Of a stretch of 46,660 nucleotides of DNA, positions 9,269 through 18,019 are shown piece after piece. The stretch spans positions 1 to 46,660 of the IMG/VR virus record IMGVR_UViG_3300042347_001156; one strand, written 5' to 3'. Both the position numbers and the translations under genes were made by a program. The notes beneath the pieces were generated by a model. The model searched no databases. It saw nothing but the letters and a program-made list of their open reading frames with translations, and had not been told where the DNA came from. Each line of letters begins with the position of its first letter. The stretch's first letter is position 1. Source of the DNA: a virus (Duplodnaviria > Caudoviricetes).

Positions 9269-9805
9269 TTATTTACCAAACCCTAATTTGCCCATAAATT
9301 TTTGAAATCTGGATTGTGGTTTAAAGGGTTTAATTTTATGTGCTGGCTGAGATTGAGTGGGGGTTGATTGAGTTTGTGTATTTTTTGCTTGTTGTTTTAA
9401 AATGTTTGAAACTTCATTACCTAAGCGGTGAAGCCCTAAGTACATTCTGTCGTTCGGATTTGTAATATATTTTTTAGCTAACTGCTCAGCAGCTGCTACA
9501 ATCTGATCAGGGGTACTTTGAGCTGTTAAATTAAGATCTTTTTTATCCCACGGATTTGAATTATTATAACGCTCTAAGAATTGTTTAGGATCTTTAAAGG
9601 TAGCTATTACTTGTCGTTGTACATCACTTTCCCATTGCTGCCACGAAGATTGACGCTCTCTTTCTTGTTCTTGCTCTCTTGTTGGAGCTGTTCTATAATC
9701 AGGATGTACATCTTCAATGTCTCCATATTGATTACGAACTTCAGGGCTTGCTTCTACAATTTTTTGATAGGCTTCTTCTAAAAGTATTTGATCTTTCTTT
9801 TTCAT
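9269..9805 (-). CDS. Putative internal head protein (KDQ tag)
   Basis: N-terminus MKKKDQILLEEAYQKIVE; lies between gp21 and the scaffold genes. Confidence 0.55.
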   Translation of the reverse strand: MKKKDQILLEEAYQKIVEASPEVRNQYGDIEDVHPDYRTAPTREQEQERERQSSWQQWESDVQRQVIATFKDPKQFLERYNNSNPWDKKDLNLTAQSTPDQIVAAAEQLAKKYITNPNDRMYLGLHRLGNEVSNILKQQAKNTQTQSTPTQSQPAHKIKPFKPQSRFQKFMGKLGFGK

Positions 9806-9813
9806 GTTAATGC

Positions 9814-10488
9814 TTATCCCAATTTAATTTTGTTAATGAAACTAATCAAGGCCTCTCTTAAGAAAGAGTCAGTGCCATGTTTAGGCATTACAGAAAGAGT
9901 TTCTTTAAGTTGTGCTTGAGCAGCTGCTGAGCACTCAACAATAGTACCATCAGGACGAATCATATACTCTCTTGACTCCATGACAGACTCAAGCATAGCA
10001 TTCTGTACTGAAGGTTGATGTACTACGTCAAGACAGATAAGATGGAAATTTGAAACGTGTTTGGCATCTGAAGTTTCGTTGATGTTGCCGAGAGCACGTG
10101 AAGAGATGCCCATTTTAATTCCATCGGTAATAAGCGACTTAAGAAGTAAGCCCATAGGTGTGTTTAGTACTTGTGACTTACCCATAAAGTAATTACCGTT
10201 TTGTTTTAATTCTGTAACCAAGTGACAGGCATTAACAGGGTTAACTTCTGTTGATTGCGGGTGATTCATTTCACCGATAGCACGACGGGACTTGACCATC
10301 TCATCAGTGTAACGATTAACCTCTTTAACCATCTCATCTAGTTTGTAGATGCGACCGTTTTGATTTTTTTGCTCGGCCATTAAGAATGGTCCGGTGATGT
10401 AGAGTTTTTGTTCTCCTTGGCGGTTTTTCTCCTCGATCATGAAGTCGAGACCGTCGTGGATATCTTCAACTAAGAATTTAAGTCCCAT
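9814..10488 (-). CDS. gp21: Prohead protease (gp21)
   Basis: LYITGPF..AE.KNQNGRIY, GEMNHP, NTPMG, GISSRALG, DVVHQPS. Confidence 0.95.
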   Translation of the reverse strand: MGLKFLVEDIHDGLDFMIEEKNRQGEQKLYITGPFLMAEQKNQNGRIYKLDEMVKEVNRYTDEMVKSRRAIGEMNHPQSTEVNPVNACHLVTELKQNGNYFMGKSQVLNTPMGLLLKSLITDGIKMGISSRALGNINETSDAKHVSNFHLICLDVVHQPSVQNAMLESVMESREYMIRPDGTIVECSAAAQAQLKETLSVMPKHGTDSFLREALISFINKIKLG

Positions 10489-10523
10489 ATGTTTCTATTA
10501 TTTAATCTACTAGACTGTCATTT

Positions 10524-10844
10524 CTACCCTATATATTGTGTAGGTATAAGGGCAACCTGTGTATAGTCAGTGGCTTTTGGGAACACATAAACTTTTGTGT
10601 TACCTTCAGCGTCAATATCAGATCCGACATGTGTTTTATCAAAGTCTTGTTTAAGAGCGCAGTGAGCTGTTTTAAATTCCATACCTCTATTTGTTGCTTG
10701 TCTGAGTCTTTCAAGAAAGCCATCTAAATCAGCAAGCCATAAAACATACTCATAAGGCCCGGTATAAGGAACAGCGTTTTGGGCTTGTTCATTTACTGAA
10801 ATTTTTTTATAAGCTTCGGCAATTAATTTTTGATCTTTTAACAT
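10524..10844 (-). CDS. Putative internal head protein (KDQ tag)
   Basis: N-terminus MLKDQKLIAEAYKKISVNE; TATAAATA at 10850-10857. Confidence 0.55.
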   Translation of the reverse strand: MLKDQKLIAEAYKKISVNEQAQNAVPYTGPYEYVLWLADLDGFLERLRQATNRGMEFKTAHCALKQDFDKTHVGSDIDAEGNTKVYVFPKATDYTQVALIPTQYIG

Positions 10845-10849
10845 GTAAT

Positions 10850-10873
10850 TATTTATATTAATTTGATTAAATA
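10850..10873. promoter_or_regulatory. Divergent late promoters
   Basis: TATAAATA on minus (10850-10857) and TAAATA on plus (10868-10873), each just before an ATG. Confidence 0.7.
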
Positions 10874-10881
10874 TTGCCAGT

Positions 10882-11766
10882 ATGTTTACAGCACTATTAG
10901 CCTTTACAGCACTCTTGGTAGCAGGATGTGCAGCTTATTTCTCAGTACTTGGTATCGCAACTTTATTTTCCGGGCACTTTTGGTCGGTTGTTATTATGGC
11001 CGGTTCTTTAGAATTAGGCAAATTAGTCTCTACTTCTTTCTTATATCGTTATTGGAAGAAAGTAGTTTGGTTCTTAAAAATTTATATGATATCAGCTGTA
11101 TTGGTGCTCATGGGTATTACATCCCTTGGTATTTATGGTTATCTGTCTTCTGGTTACCAGGTTAATGCTGGTAAGACCGAACTCATCGACAATAAAGCAT
11201 CCCTTATTGTACAACAGAAAGATAATGTTACAAAAGAAATTGAACAAATTAATGCACGTATTAGTACATTAAATGAAGCTCGTAAGTCTCAAGAGGCTCG
11301 TTTACCTTCTATGTCTCGTCTTGCAGCTCGACCTGTTTATGAAGACATGGCAAGAGCTGCTGAAGAGATTAAAGGTTTGACAGCTCGTGTTCAAGAACTT
11401 CAGACCCTAGTGTTTGAAAAGGATAATGAACTTATTGTTTTAAAGTCTGAGGGTAATGAAGTACATGATATAGGTACTTTTAAATTTGTAGCTGAATCTG
11501 TTGGTTTACCTCTTGATACAGTTGTAAAGATTTTTATCTTAATAATTGTTTTAGTATTTGATCCGTTAGCTGTTGCTTTAGTTCTTGCTTATAACATTGC
11601 AAGAGGTGGTTCAGTATTAAAAGAAACTAAACAAAAGCAATTACTTGTAGACGAGCCGGTACCTGCTCAGACAGTACCTCAAACAAGAACAAGAATTATA
11701 GAAGAGACTATAGAAGAGGTAATTCCGGGTTCAGAAAAGACTAGAAAATATACCTCAAAGACCTAA
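10882..11766 (+). CDS. Late membrane protein: three N-terminal hydrophobic segments, coiled coil, one C-terminal TM
   Basis: Hydrophobic runs in aa 1-90, heptad region, IFILIIVLVFDPLAVALVLA. Confidence 0.8.
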   Translation: MFTALLAFTALLVAGCAAYFSVLGIATLFSGHFWSVVIMAGSLELGKLVSTSFLYRYWKKVVWFLKIYMISAVLVLMGITSLGIYGYLSSGYQVNAGKTELIDNKASLIVQQKDNVTKEIEQINARISTLNEARKSQEARLPSMSRLAARPVYEDMARAAEEIKGLTARVQELQTLVFEKDNELIVLKSEGNEVHDIGTFKFVAESVGLPLDTVVKIFILIIVLVFDPLAVALVLAYNIARGGSVLKETKQKQLLVDEPVPAQTVPQTRTRIIEETIEEVIPGSEKTRKYTSKT

Positions 11767-11771
11767 GTGTT

Positions 11772-12293
11772 TCAAGCATTGCCCAGTGACTTCATTATTT
11801 CGTTAAATTTTTGTTGAAATTGAGTTAACTGTTTACCGAGCTCAGCCATACCTTGTTGTATTTGCTGAGTGTTTTGAGCTGGTTGTTGGTTGGGGGTAGG
11901 TTGAGTTTGTTGTGCCTGCTGAGCTTGAGATTGTTGAGTCTGAGGTGTTTGTTGAGTTGTTTGACTGGGGTTTTTTGCTGCAGCGTATTGTGGGCTGCTT
12001 TTCCAAGCCTGTAACGAATTAAATCCTGCTGCTTGTAAGCGTTGTTGCTGTTGCTGAGGTGTATTACTTTGTTGAAATCTTTTTTCTCCTTCTGGTGTTA
12101 ACGGTAAACCTGTATTGCTATCAAAAGGTTCATTTCCCGTTTTTTGTCGTGGAGCTGCCGGGTTTGTTCCTAATTCTTTATTCCATTGATTTTGTATGTA
12201 TTGCTGCAATTGACCGCGCATCTGTTGTTGCATGGGATTAGCTTCCATAACAGATTGATAGTTCTCAGCTAAATTTTTTTGATCTTTATTCAT
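11772..12293 (-). CDS. Gln-rich putative internal head protein (KDQ tag)
   Basis: N-terminus MNKDQKNLAENYQSVME; Q/T/P low-complexity body. Confidence 0.55.
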   Translation of the reverse strand: MNKDQKNLAENYQSVMEANPMQQQMRGQLQQYIQNQWNKELGTNPAAPRQKTGNEPFDSNTGLPLTPEGEKRFQQSNTPQQQQQRLQAAGFNSLQAWKSSPQYAAAKNPSQTTQQTPQTQQSQAQQAQQTQPTPNQQPAQNTQQIQQGMAELGKQLTQFQQKFNEIMKSLGNA

Positions 12294-12591
12294 TATTTAT
12301 AAGTTGTCTATATAACTGATCAAATTTTTTTGATTCAAACCAAGAGCGATCATTTGCACCACTACCTTCATTGTACCTGCCTCCTTTTTCGCAACCACTA
12401 ATTAAATCTAAAAGCTCTTCATCTTTCAACATTACAGGGTTATATATTTCTAGACTATTCATTATATCATCCCCGTAACCGATAGACATTCTAAAGTCTT
12501 GTTTGTTCCTATAGTTATCTAAAACATAATTTTGAACATCTTTAACATTTTCAATATCGTAGCCAAATGTAAATACTTTTATAGGTTTCAT
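12286..12591 (-). CDS. Hypothetical late protein
   Basis: TAAATA at 12597-12602; C-terminus ESKKFDQLYRQLINNE. Confidence 0.65.
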   Translation of the reverse strand: MKPIKVFTFGYDIENVKDVQNYVLDNYRNKQDFRMSIGYGDDIMNSLEIYNPVMLKDEELLDLISGCEKGGRYNEGSGANDRSWFESKKFDQLYRQLINNE

Positions 12592-12602
12592 TGTATTATT
12601 TA

Positions 12603-13061
12603 TTATAAGCCAAGATGTTTCTCAGTCAAGATTGAAAAGGAGTAGCCTTTTTTTTCGCACCACTGCTGTGCACTATCCCACTTTGCTCTATTTTTAACAT
12701 ACTCTGCTTGCCGTCTAAGCAACGATCTGGTATTTTTTCCGGGTTTAGGTGGCATGGTTTGAATAGAGGGTTTAATTTCTATTAGAAATTTTTTAAGAGT
12801 TCCATCTTTTGTTTTAAGTGTAACGTTAAAGTCTACAAAGTAACGAGATACTTTTCCAGTAAGAGGGTTATGATAGGGGATAATAACAGACTCTGAGCCC
12901 CATTTTATTACTGCAGGGTTATGGTCACACCATCTGCAGTATTTAAGTTCATAGGAAGATCTCCATAATATCGGAAACGTACCTACATATTTGTCTGGGT
13001 TCTGAGGCTTAAAGATGCCTTGTTTAAACTTTCGATTACGTTTAGGTCTTATCGTGTTCAT
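12603..13061 (-). CDS. gp4: Head completion nuclease (gp4)
   Basis: FKQGIFKPQNPDKYVG, RSSYE, WGSE, RYFVDF, IEIKP, NRAKW, ILTEKHL. Confidence 0.93.
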   Translation of the reverse strand: MNTIRPKRNRKFKQGIFKPQNPDKYVGTFPILWRSSYELKYCRWCDHNPAVIKWGSESVIIPYHNPLTGKVSRYFVDFNVTLKTKDGTLKKFLIEIKPSIQTMPPKPGKNTRSLLRRQAEYVKNRAKWDSAQQWCEKKGYSFSILTEKHLGL

Positions 13062-13941
13062 ACAATTTAAAAAGTTCCTCTTTAGTTATAGAGCATTGTT
13101 TATGTTTCTTTAAATTATCCTTTTGTTCAAGCATTTGTAAATTATATTTTGATGCTATTATTTCACATGGTATTTTGTCTATAAAACCTTGCAATACACT
13201 ATATTTGTGATCTATGTGATATAAACCAGAACCAAACCCTCTTTTTAGTTTTGTAGGGTTTATTATGTCTTTGTATTTTTTGTAAGTTTGTTGTGTTAGA
13301 TAAGTTACCTCGGCTCTATAGTCTTTAAAAAGAGTTAATACCTCTCTTTGGTTTTTAAGCTTCATTGTTTGTGCTCGCTTTTTAAAAATTTTATTTTTTT
13401 CTTCTTCTGTGGCATTCTCCCACCATTTATGAGCCCCTGTTTTAAGTAATACTTCTTTAACGAATTTTTTCTTGTCTTTTAAGGAAAGTCTGTTTAACCA
13501 GCCAAATTTTTCTTTTCTTTCTTGTTCTGTTAGTTTTGCAGTATTATTTTTTCTTGTATTAGAAATTTTTTGTCGGTATTCTATTTTTTCTTGAGGTGTT
13601 CTATTAGCATGCTTATTCTTTAAATTATTTTTAACCTTATTAATATAAATTTGATACTTATTTGGGTCATTTTTTAAATTTTGTTGATGCATTATACCCC
13701 CGCATTTATGACTACAAGTTTTTTTATAACCATCTTTTATATTAATAAATTTAGTAGCACTATTGCATATAACACAACCACTATAACAATTATTTAAAAT
13801 ATACTGATTGTAATATTGTTGACTTGTTATTTTATGTTGATGTTTTATATGCTTAGCAAAAGACAGAAAGTTTTTAAACCACTGTTTACAAATACAGCAC
13901 ACAAGACTTACTTCTCGCGGTTCACAAACTAGCATTTCCAT
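13042..13941 (-). CDS. HNH homing endonuclease with N-terminal zinc fingers
   Basis: C2H2 finger CICKQWF...HIKHQH, CVIC...TCSHKC, C-terminal YHIDHKYS...NLQML...N..K; start uncertain (ATG 13941 or 13935). Confidence 0.8.
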   Translation of the reverse strand: MEMLVCEPREVSLVCCICKQWFKNFLSFAKHIKHQHKITSQQYYNQYILNNCYSGCVICNSATKFINIKDGYKKTCSHKCGGIMHQQNLKNDPNKYQIYINKVKNNLKNKHANRTPQEKIEYRQKISNTRKNNTAKLTEQERKEKFGWLNRLSLKDKKKFVKEVLLKTGAHKWWENATEEEKNKIFKKRAQTMKLKNQREVLTLFKDYRAEVTYLTQQTYKKYKDIINPTKLKRGFGSGLYHIDHKYSVLQGFIDKIPCEIIASKYNLQMLEQKDNLKKHKQCSITKEELFKLYEHDKT

Positions 13942-14234
13942 CTTCTTCTTGCTGCACAACCTCTTGTATCTTTACCTGCACAGCCGCCAGCTGGTATCCA
14001 AGCTTTACTTCTTGCACAAAAACTTTTTCTACGTTTAGAAGCTTTAGAACCTTTTTTAACTTTTCCGGTTACAGGGGCTTTAAGATTAGAGCCAGTAGCT
14101 CGATTATATTTTGCTCTACCCTTAGCAGTTAAGCCACCTCCACGGCTTACAGGTAATTTTTCTCCGCGTTTGATAGATAGACTAGGGGCTTTCTTTTCTT
14201 CAAGTATTTCTAATACTGTATTATTGAAGTCCAT
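13929..14234 (-). CDS. Small basic phage protein (DUF6321-like)
   Basis: GGLTAKGRAKYNRATGSNLKAPV...RRKSFCAR...RRRWKC; family name recalled from memory. Confidence 0.7.
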   Translation of the reverse strand: MDFNNTVLEILEEKKAPSLSIKRGEKLPVSRGGGLTAKGRAKYNRATGSNLKAPVTGKVKKGSKASKRRKSFCARSKAWIPAGGCAGKDTRGCAARRRWKC

Positions 14235-14242
14235 AATAGTAA

Positions 14243-15106
14243 TTATCCAATAAAGAACATAGCACCAGTTACATCTTCGTAAGTGTTCTTTAATTCGTTT
14301 TCTAGAGTATCTCTTTCTTGTATACCTTGAGACATAAAATCTGAATAGTTAACCTGGCCGCCACCAAAGAGATTAGTACCTGAGAACTTACCTCTCACAT
14401 TGCCAACAGTGATTTTTGATAAGGCGAGGGCATAACGGTACACCCAGCGCTCGTTTATAATATCTTTAATAGGTTTCTCTAAATAGCACCCTACAATACC
14501 CAAGTAAGTTTGTTCAGGAATAGGTTCAGGAATGATTCTAAGAATTTGTGTCTTAGGGTCAAAGCGGTAATGAGGTGTCATTGCTAGTACTTTGTTGCGA
14601 GTATCGATAAAGCCTTTAAGTACTTCCCAAGTTACTAGATCAAAACCGAAGCCGCCATTTACCATATAGCTGCTGTAAATCTGCTGCGCCATAGCTTGCT
14701 CAAGAGTAAACAGAGTATTAATACCTGTTGTTTCACCGTATGTAAATGAAAAACAATCCAACACCCGACGATAGGCTCCCATATCATAATCGTAACCAGC
14801 TGACATACCAGGGGTAAACGATGAATACATTTCTTGAGTTTGATTTATTAAAGTGTCAACTTTAATACCTTTTCCCTTTTGATATAACTTGGAATCAAAA
14901 ACAAGAAATTCTTCAGTATACCCAGCATACTTTGTAAAGAACTCCATAGACTGAGCTATGCAGTCGTAAATTTGTTCATTAGCGATTTCAACGTTGACTA
15001 AGGGCTCACCCATTTGACGACGTATACGCTGTGCTAAAGCATCATAAGAATCTATAACAGGGTTAGCATTAGTAGATCCAGGGGTGTACCGGGGCAATAC
15101 GTTCAT
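14243..15106 (-). CDS. gp13: Neck protein gp13
   Basis: LAQRIRRQMGEPLVNVEI..EQI.D.I, WVYRYALAL.K...G..RGKF....GGGQVN; TAAATA at 15113-15118. Confidence 0.9.
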   Translation of the reverse strand: MNVLPRYTPGSTNANPVIDSYDALAQRIRRQMGEPLVNVEIANEQIYDCIAQSMEFFTKYAGYTEEFLVFDSKLYQKGKGIKVDTLINQTQEMYSSFTPGMSAGYDYDMGAYRRVLDCFSFTYGETTGINTLFTLEQAMAQQIYSSYMVNGGFGFDLVTWEVLKGFIDTRNKVLAMTPHYRFDPKTQILRIIPEPIPEQTYLGIVGCYLEKPIKDIINERWVYRYALALSKITVGNVRGKFSGTNLFGGGQVNYSDFMSQGIQERDTLENELKNTYEDVTGAMFFIG

Positions 15107-15130
15107 ATTGATTATTTAATCACTAGAGAA

Positions 15131-15212
15131 TAAATAATAAAGACGGTTAGGTAAGTAGCTCTAACTAATTACCAACTCCCGGATAACTAGGAGCTGTCCC
15201 GTCGCTCTAATT
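15131..15212 (+). promoter_or_regulatory. Late promoter plus structured 5' leader of the GIY-YIG gene
   Basis: TAAATA 15131-15136; pairings GACGG/CCGTC, GGTAA/TTACC, CTCC/GGAG. Confidence 0.5.
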
Positions 15213-15842
15213 ATGGATAATATTTTTAATAATCAAACTAACAAAGGTGTATATAAAATTACATGCCTTTCTAATAATAAGTTTTATATAGGTAGTTCTA
15301 CCAATATTCGATACCGTATTCAAAGGCACTTTAAAGAGCTAGAACAAAATATACATCTAAACAGATATATGCAAGCCTCTTTTAACAAATATGGTAAATG
15401 TAATTTTGTAGTTGAGTGTGTGGAATGCTGTTCTGAAGAAATTACAGATAAAGATCTTTTAAATCTCGAACAAAAATATCTAGATAATTTTAAACCATAT
15501 AATGAAGATATTGGTTTTAATATTTGTCAAAAAGCGGCTTTTCCGCCCAATCGTAAAGGTAAGAAGTTAACAGAAGAACATAAACAAAACATTTCAAACG
15601 CTCGTAAGGGTATAACACATAAACAAATAAGCTCATTAAAAGGTAAAACCGCAAAAGAAATTCACGGACAAGATTGGGTTGATTCTAGAAAAGGTAAAAC
15701 CGCAAAAGAAATATACGGTGATAATTGGGTTGATCCCCGCAAAGGTAAAACATATAAAGAAATTTACGGTCCAAACTGGATTGAACAACGTAAAAAATTA
15801 TCAATAGCAGCAAAAAATAGAAAACGAAAAATAATTTTATAA
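15213..15842 (+). CDS. GIY-YIG homing endonuclease with NUMOD3-like and repeated DNA-binding motifs
   Basis: GVYKI...FYIGSS, R...H, EQKYLD, GFNI; KKLTEEHKQNIS; inserted antisense between gp14 and gp13. Confidence 0.92.
   Translation: MDNIFNNQTNKGVYKITCLSNNKFYIGSSTNIRYRIQRHFKELEQNIHLNRYMQASFNKYGKCNFVVECVECCSEEITDKDLLNLEQKYLDNFKPYNEDIGFNICQKAAFPPNRKGKKLTEEHKQNISNARKGITHKQISSLKGKTAKEIHGQDWVDSRKGKTAKEIYGDNWVDPRKGKTYKEIYGPNWIEQRKKLSIAAKNRKRKIIL
15639..15791 (+). repeat. Three 51-nt (17-aa) tandem repeats KGKTxKEIxGxxWxxxR
   Basis: Units start at 15639, 15690 and 15741. Confidence 0.9.
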
Positions 15843-16541
15843 TTCTGGAAGATTTCCGTAATACCCATAAGGCTCGGAAATATCTCTAGCATCTTCATCT
15901 ATAATACACTTGGCTGCTGCATCATTAGATTGTTCATAAGGTGTTACTAGCTCTTCAGGGTTCTCACCACCAGGCATACGACCACCTGGACTATCATCAT
16001 TAAACTGAACATTAAGAGGTTCTTTGGGGGCTCCAGGCTCGGAAGAGTATTCCCAACGTTTACATTTCATAACCCAAATATAGTGCCCCATAAGCTGGTT
16101 AGCGTTAAATTGTAAATTCTGATCATCACGCTCGGTTATTTCATACACCGGAGCTCCTCTGCCGCCAGGTCTATCTCCAAATCCGCCATACTCTTTTAAT
16201 TCAATTAAGTCTCCAGCTTTTGGTTCTCTATACTGACCAAATGTCTCTTGGAAGGAAGATATATGCATGACACAGGTCATATCACAGTCAGCCATAATAC
16301 CGAACTTTGAAAGCATAATGGCATCATTAGTGATATCAGTAAACATGACCATAGGTCCTGCACTTACAAAAGTAGCCGTGGTGTCTTCACCGTATAGATA
16401 GAAATGGGTGGAGAGAGTGTAGCCGTGAGTATAATATGTTACCTCAGCACCGTAATGCTCAATCTGCTCCTTCCAATAACCAGAGACGAGGTTTCTCTCG
16501 TTATCATTTATTTTTTTATCTAGATAACGAACTTTTTGCAT
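15837..16541 (-). CDS. gp14: Neck protein gp14
   Basis: EQIEHYG.EV.Y, LYGED, LSKFGI, EPKAGDLI, YEIT, KCKRWEYSSE. Confidence 0.85.
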   Translation of the reverse strand: MQKVRYLDKKINDNERNLVSGYWKEQIEHYGAEVTYYTHGYTLSTHFYLYGEDTTATFVSAGPMVMFTDITNDAIMLSKFGIMADCDMTCVMHISSFQETFGQYREPKAGDLIELKEYGGFGDRPGGRGAPVYEITERDDQNLQFNANQLMGHYIWVMKCKRWEYSSEPGAPKEPLNVQFNDDSPGGRMPGGENPEELVTPYEQSNDAAAKCIIDEDARDISEPYGYYGNLPEL

Positions 16542-16542
16542 A

Positions 16543-17118
16543 TTAGACTGTAGTTATTTTTTTAACTCCTTTTTTAAGGGAATACTTACGAAATTTTCTA
16601 GGAGCATCTTTATGAAGAGGTTCTAGATCGGTTTTAGCTTCTCCGAGATAGCGAGGCTTTTTAATCCATTTATCAGTGTAAGGGTGATATACGGCTAAGT
16701 GATCCTGAGGGTCAAATTTTCTAACAGTAGGTATATAATAGATGGGGTGTAAAGAGCCCGTTGCTAGTCTTCCGTTAATCTGTTTGATAGTATTGAGTAT
16801 ATGTTCTTTAAGCAGATCGGATAAGTTAGTTGTGTTAATCTGAACTATAATGTTGATAGGAGCTTTTTCTGATGAACCTTCTTTTAAGATAGGACCTACT
16901 AAGAAGTAATCCCATACTCTAGTTTTAACAAATTGCTGTTCAGCGGAATTGATTCTATCAATATCGTAAATTATTTGAGCTTTAATCTCTGGTTGTAAAA
17001 TAGGTTCACCGCCTTGAGGGGCAAAATACCAGACTCGAGGATCTAATGAATTAGGTGCAATAGGTTCAGTATGATACTTTAAATAAGCTTTTTTAATTTC
17101 TTTTTCAAATAACTTCAT
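16543..17118 (-). CDS. Nucleotidyltransferase-like protein, apparently catalytically degenerate
   Basis: LDPRVW, LQPEIK, DYFLVGP...PINIIV, AVY....KWIKKP follow the layout of phage Pol-beta-type NTases; TAAATA at 17124-17129. Confidence 0.5.
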   Translation of the reverse strand: MKLFEKEIKKAYLKYHTEPIAPNSLDPRVWYFAPQGGEPILQPEIKAQIIYDIDRINSAEQQFVKTRVWDYFLVGPILKEGSSEKAPINIIVQINTTNLSDLLKEHILNTIKQINGRLATGSLHPIYYIPTVRKFDPQDHLAVYHPYTDKWIKKPRYLGEAKTDLEPLHKDAPRKFRKYSLKKGVKKITTV

Positions 17119-17140
17119 AATAGTATTTAAGCTATCTCTG

Positions 17141-17172
17141 TAAACAGAAACAGCCCCTATTGCTAGGGGCTG
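17141..17172 (-). terminator. Rho-independent terminator
   Basis: Minus strand CAGCCCCTA-GCAA-TAGGGGCTG followed by TTTCTGTTT. Confidence 0.85.
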
Positions 17173-17195
17173 CTAAATTCTGTAAGATTATAATC

Positions 17196-17981
17196 TTACT
17201 TGAAGAACTCGCCAACTTTTACTGTTGACTTAACTTCAGGCTTAGCCTTCGGGCTTTGAAGAGCTTTGTCATGAGCTTTAGCAGGCTTAAGTTTAGGATC
17301 TGACTCAACATCACCGCCGTGAGCTTTGCCGCCGTGTACCTTAGGTGCACCACCAACTTTGTTGTTTTTGCCCATGAGCACTTTACCCTTATCACCAAGA
17401 GGTTTTAGCTCGGTTGCCTCTTTAACCGGTTCATCTTCGACTTCAGCGTCCTCTTCTCCGCCGAACTCCATCTCCTCTTCACCTTCTTCACCTTCTTCTT
17501 TGGATTCTACTTCGTTGGAGATCTTGTCAAGAATGGACTGAAGATGATCCATTACTGACTTAAGATCTGAAACGAGATCAGAAACTTCGTCTTCTTTGTC
17601 TTCGAGCTCATCAACCATCTCTTCGTTTGAGGTAGGAACTTCAACGTCCATTTCCATGTCCATAGCAGGCTCTTCCTCCATTACATCTTCGTTAATAGTA
17701 GCTTTAAAAAGTCTTTCAAATGAACCTTCAAAAGCAGCTTTTGGAGCTTCTACGCTGTCTTTGAGTGTTTCAGCTTTAGCTTTTGAACCGTCTGAATACT
17801 TTTTGAGCTCTTCTGGTTCCTCTAAATCTTTAACTTTTTCAGCGCCTTGACCAGCAACAGGTTGAGCTTTTTTAGCATCAATCATTGCGTCAAGTTTCTT
17901 AGCGTCTTGAACGACGTTGTCTTTTTCTTCGTTAAGAAGAACTTTGTTTTCGTAAATGTCCGATAGAGGATTTTTCTTCAT
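17196..17981 (-). CDS. Highly charged late protein, likely head core/internal protein
   Basis: Very acidic middle, Lys-rich C-terminus, own late box (17995-18000) and terminator; LLNEE and TINE candidate cleavage sites. Confidence 0.55.
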   Translation of the reverse strand: MKKNPLSDIYENKVLLNEEKDNVVQDAKKLDAMIDAKKAQPVAGQGAEKVKDLEEPEELKKYSDGSKAKAETLKDSVEAPKAAFEGSFERLFKATINEDVMEEEPAMDMEMDVEVPTSNEEMVDELEDKEDEVSDLVSDLKSVMDHLQSILDKISNEVESKEEGEEGEEEMEFGGEEDAEVEDEPVKEATELKPLGDKGKVLMGKNNKVGGAPKVHGGKAHGGDVESDPKLKPAKAHDKALQSPKAKPEVKSTVKVGEFFK

Positions 17982-18019
17982 ATGTTTGTAATTATATTTA
18001 TTCTAGAGAGGGTAAATTT

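Noticed and set aside
11850-12070. DNA-level microsatellite (TTG/CTG runs)
   Set aside because: Explained by Gln/Thr-rich coding on the minus strand
15137-15212. Hammerhead ribozyme or tRNA
   Set aside because: No CUGANGA/GAAA core and no cloverleaf or T-loop signature
15639-15791. CRISPR-like array
   Set aside because: In-frame coding repeats with synonymous variation and no unique spacers
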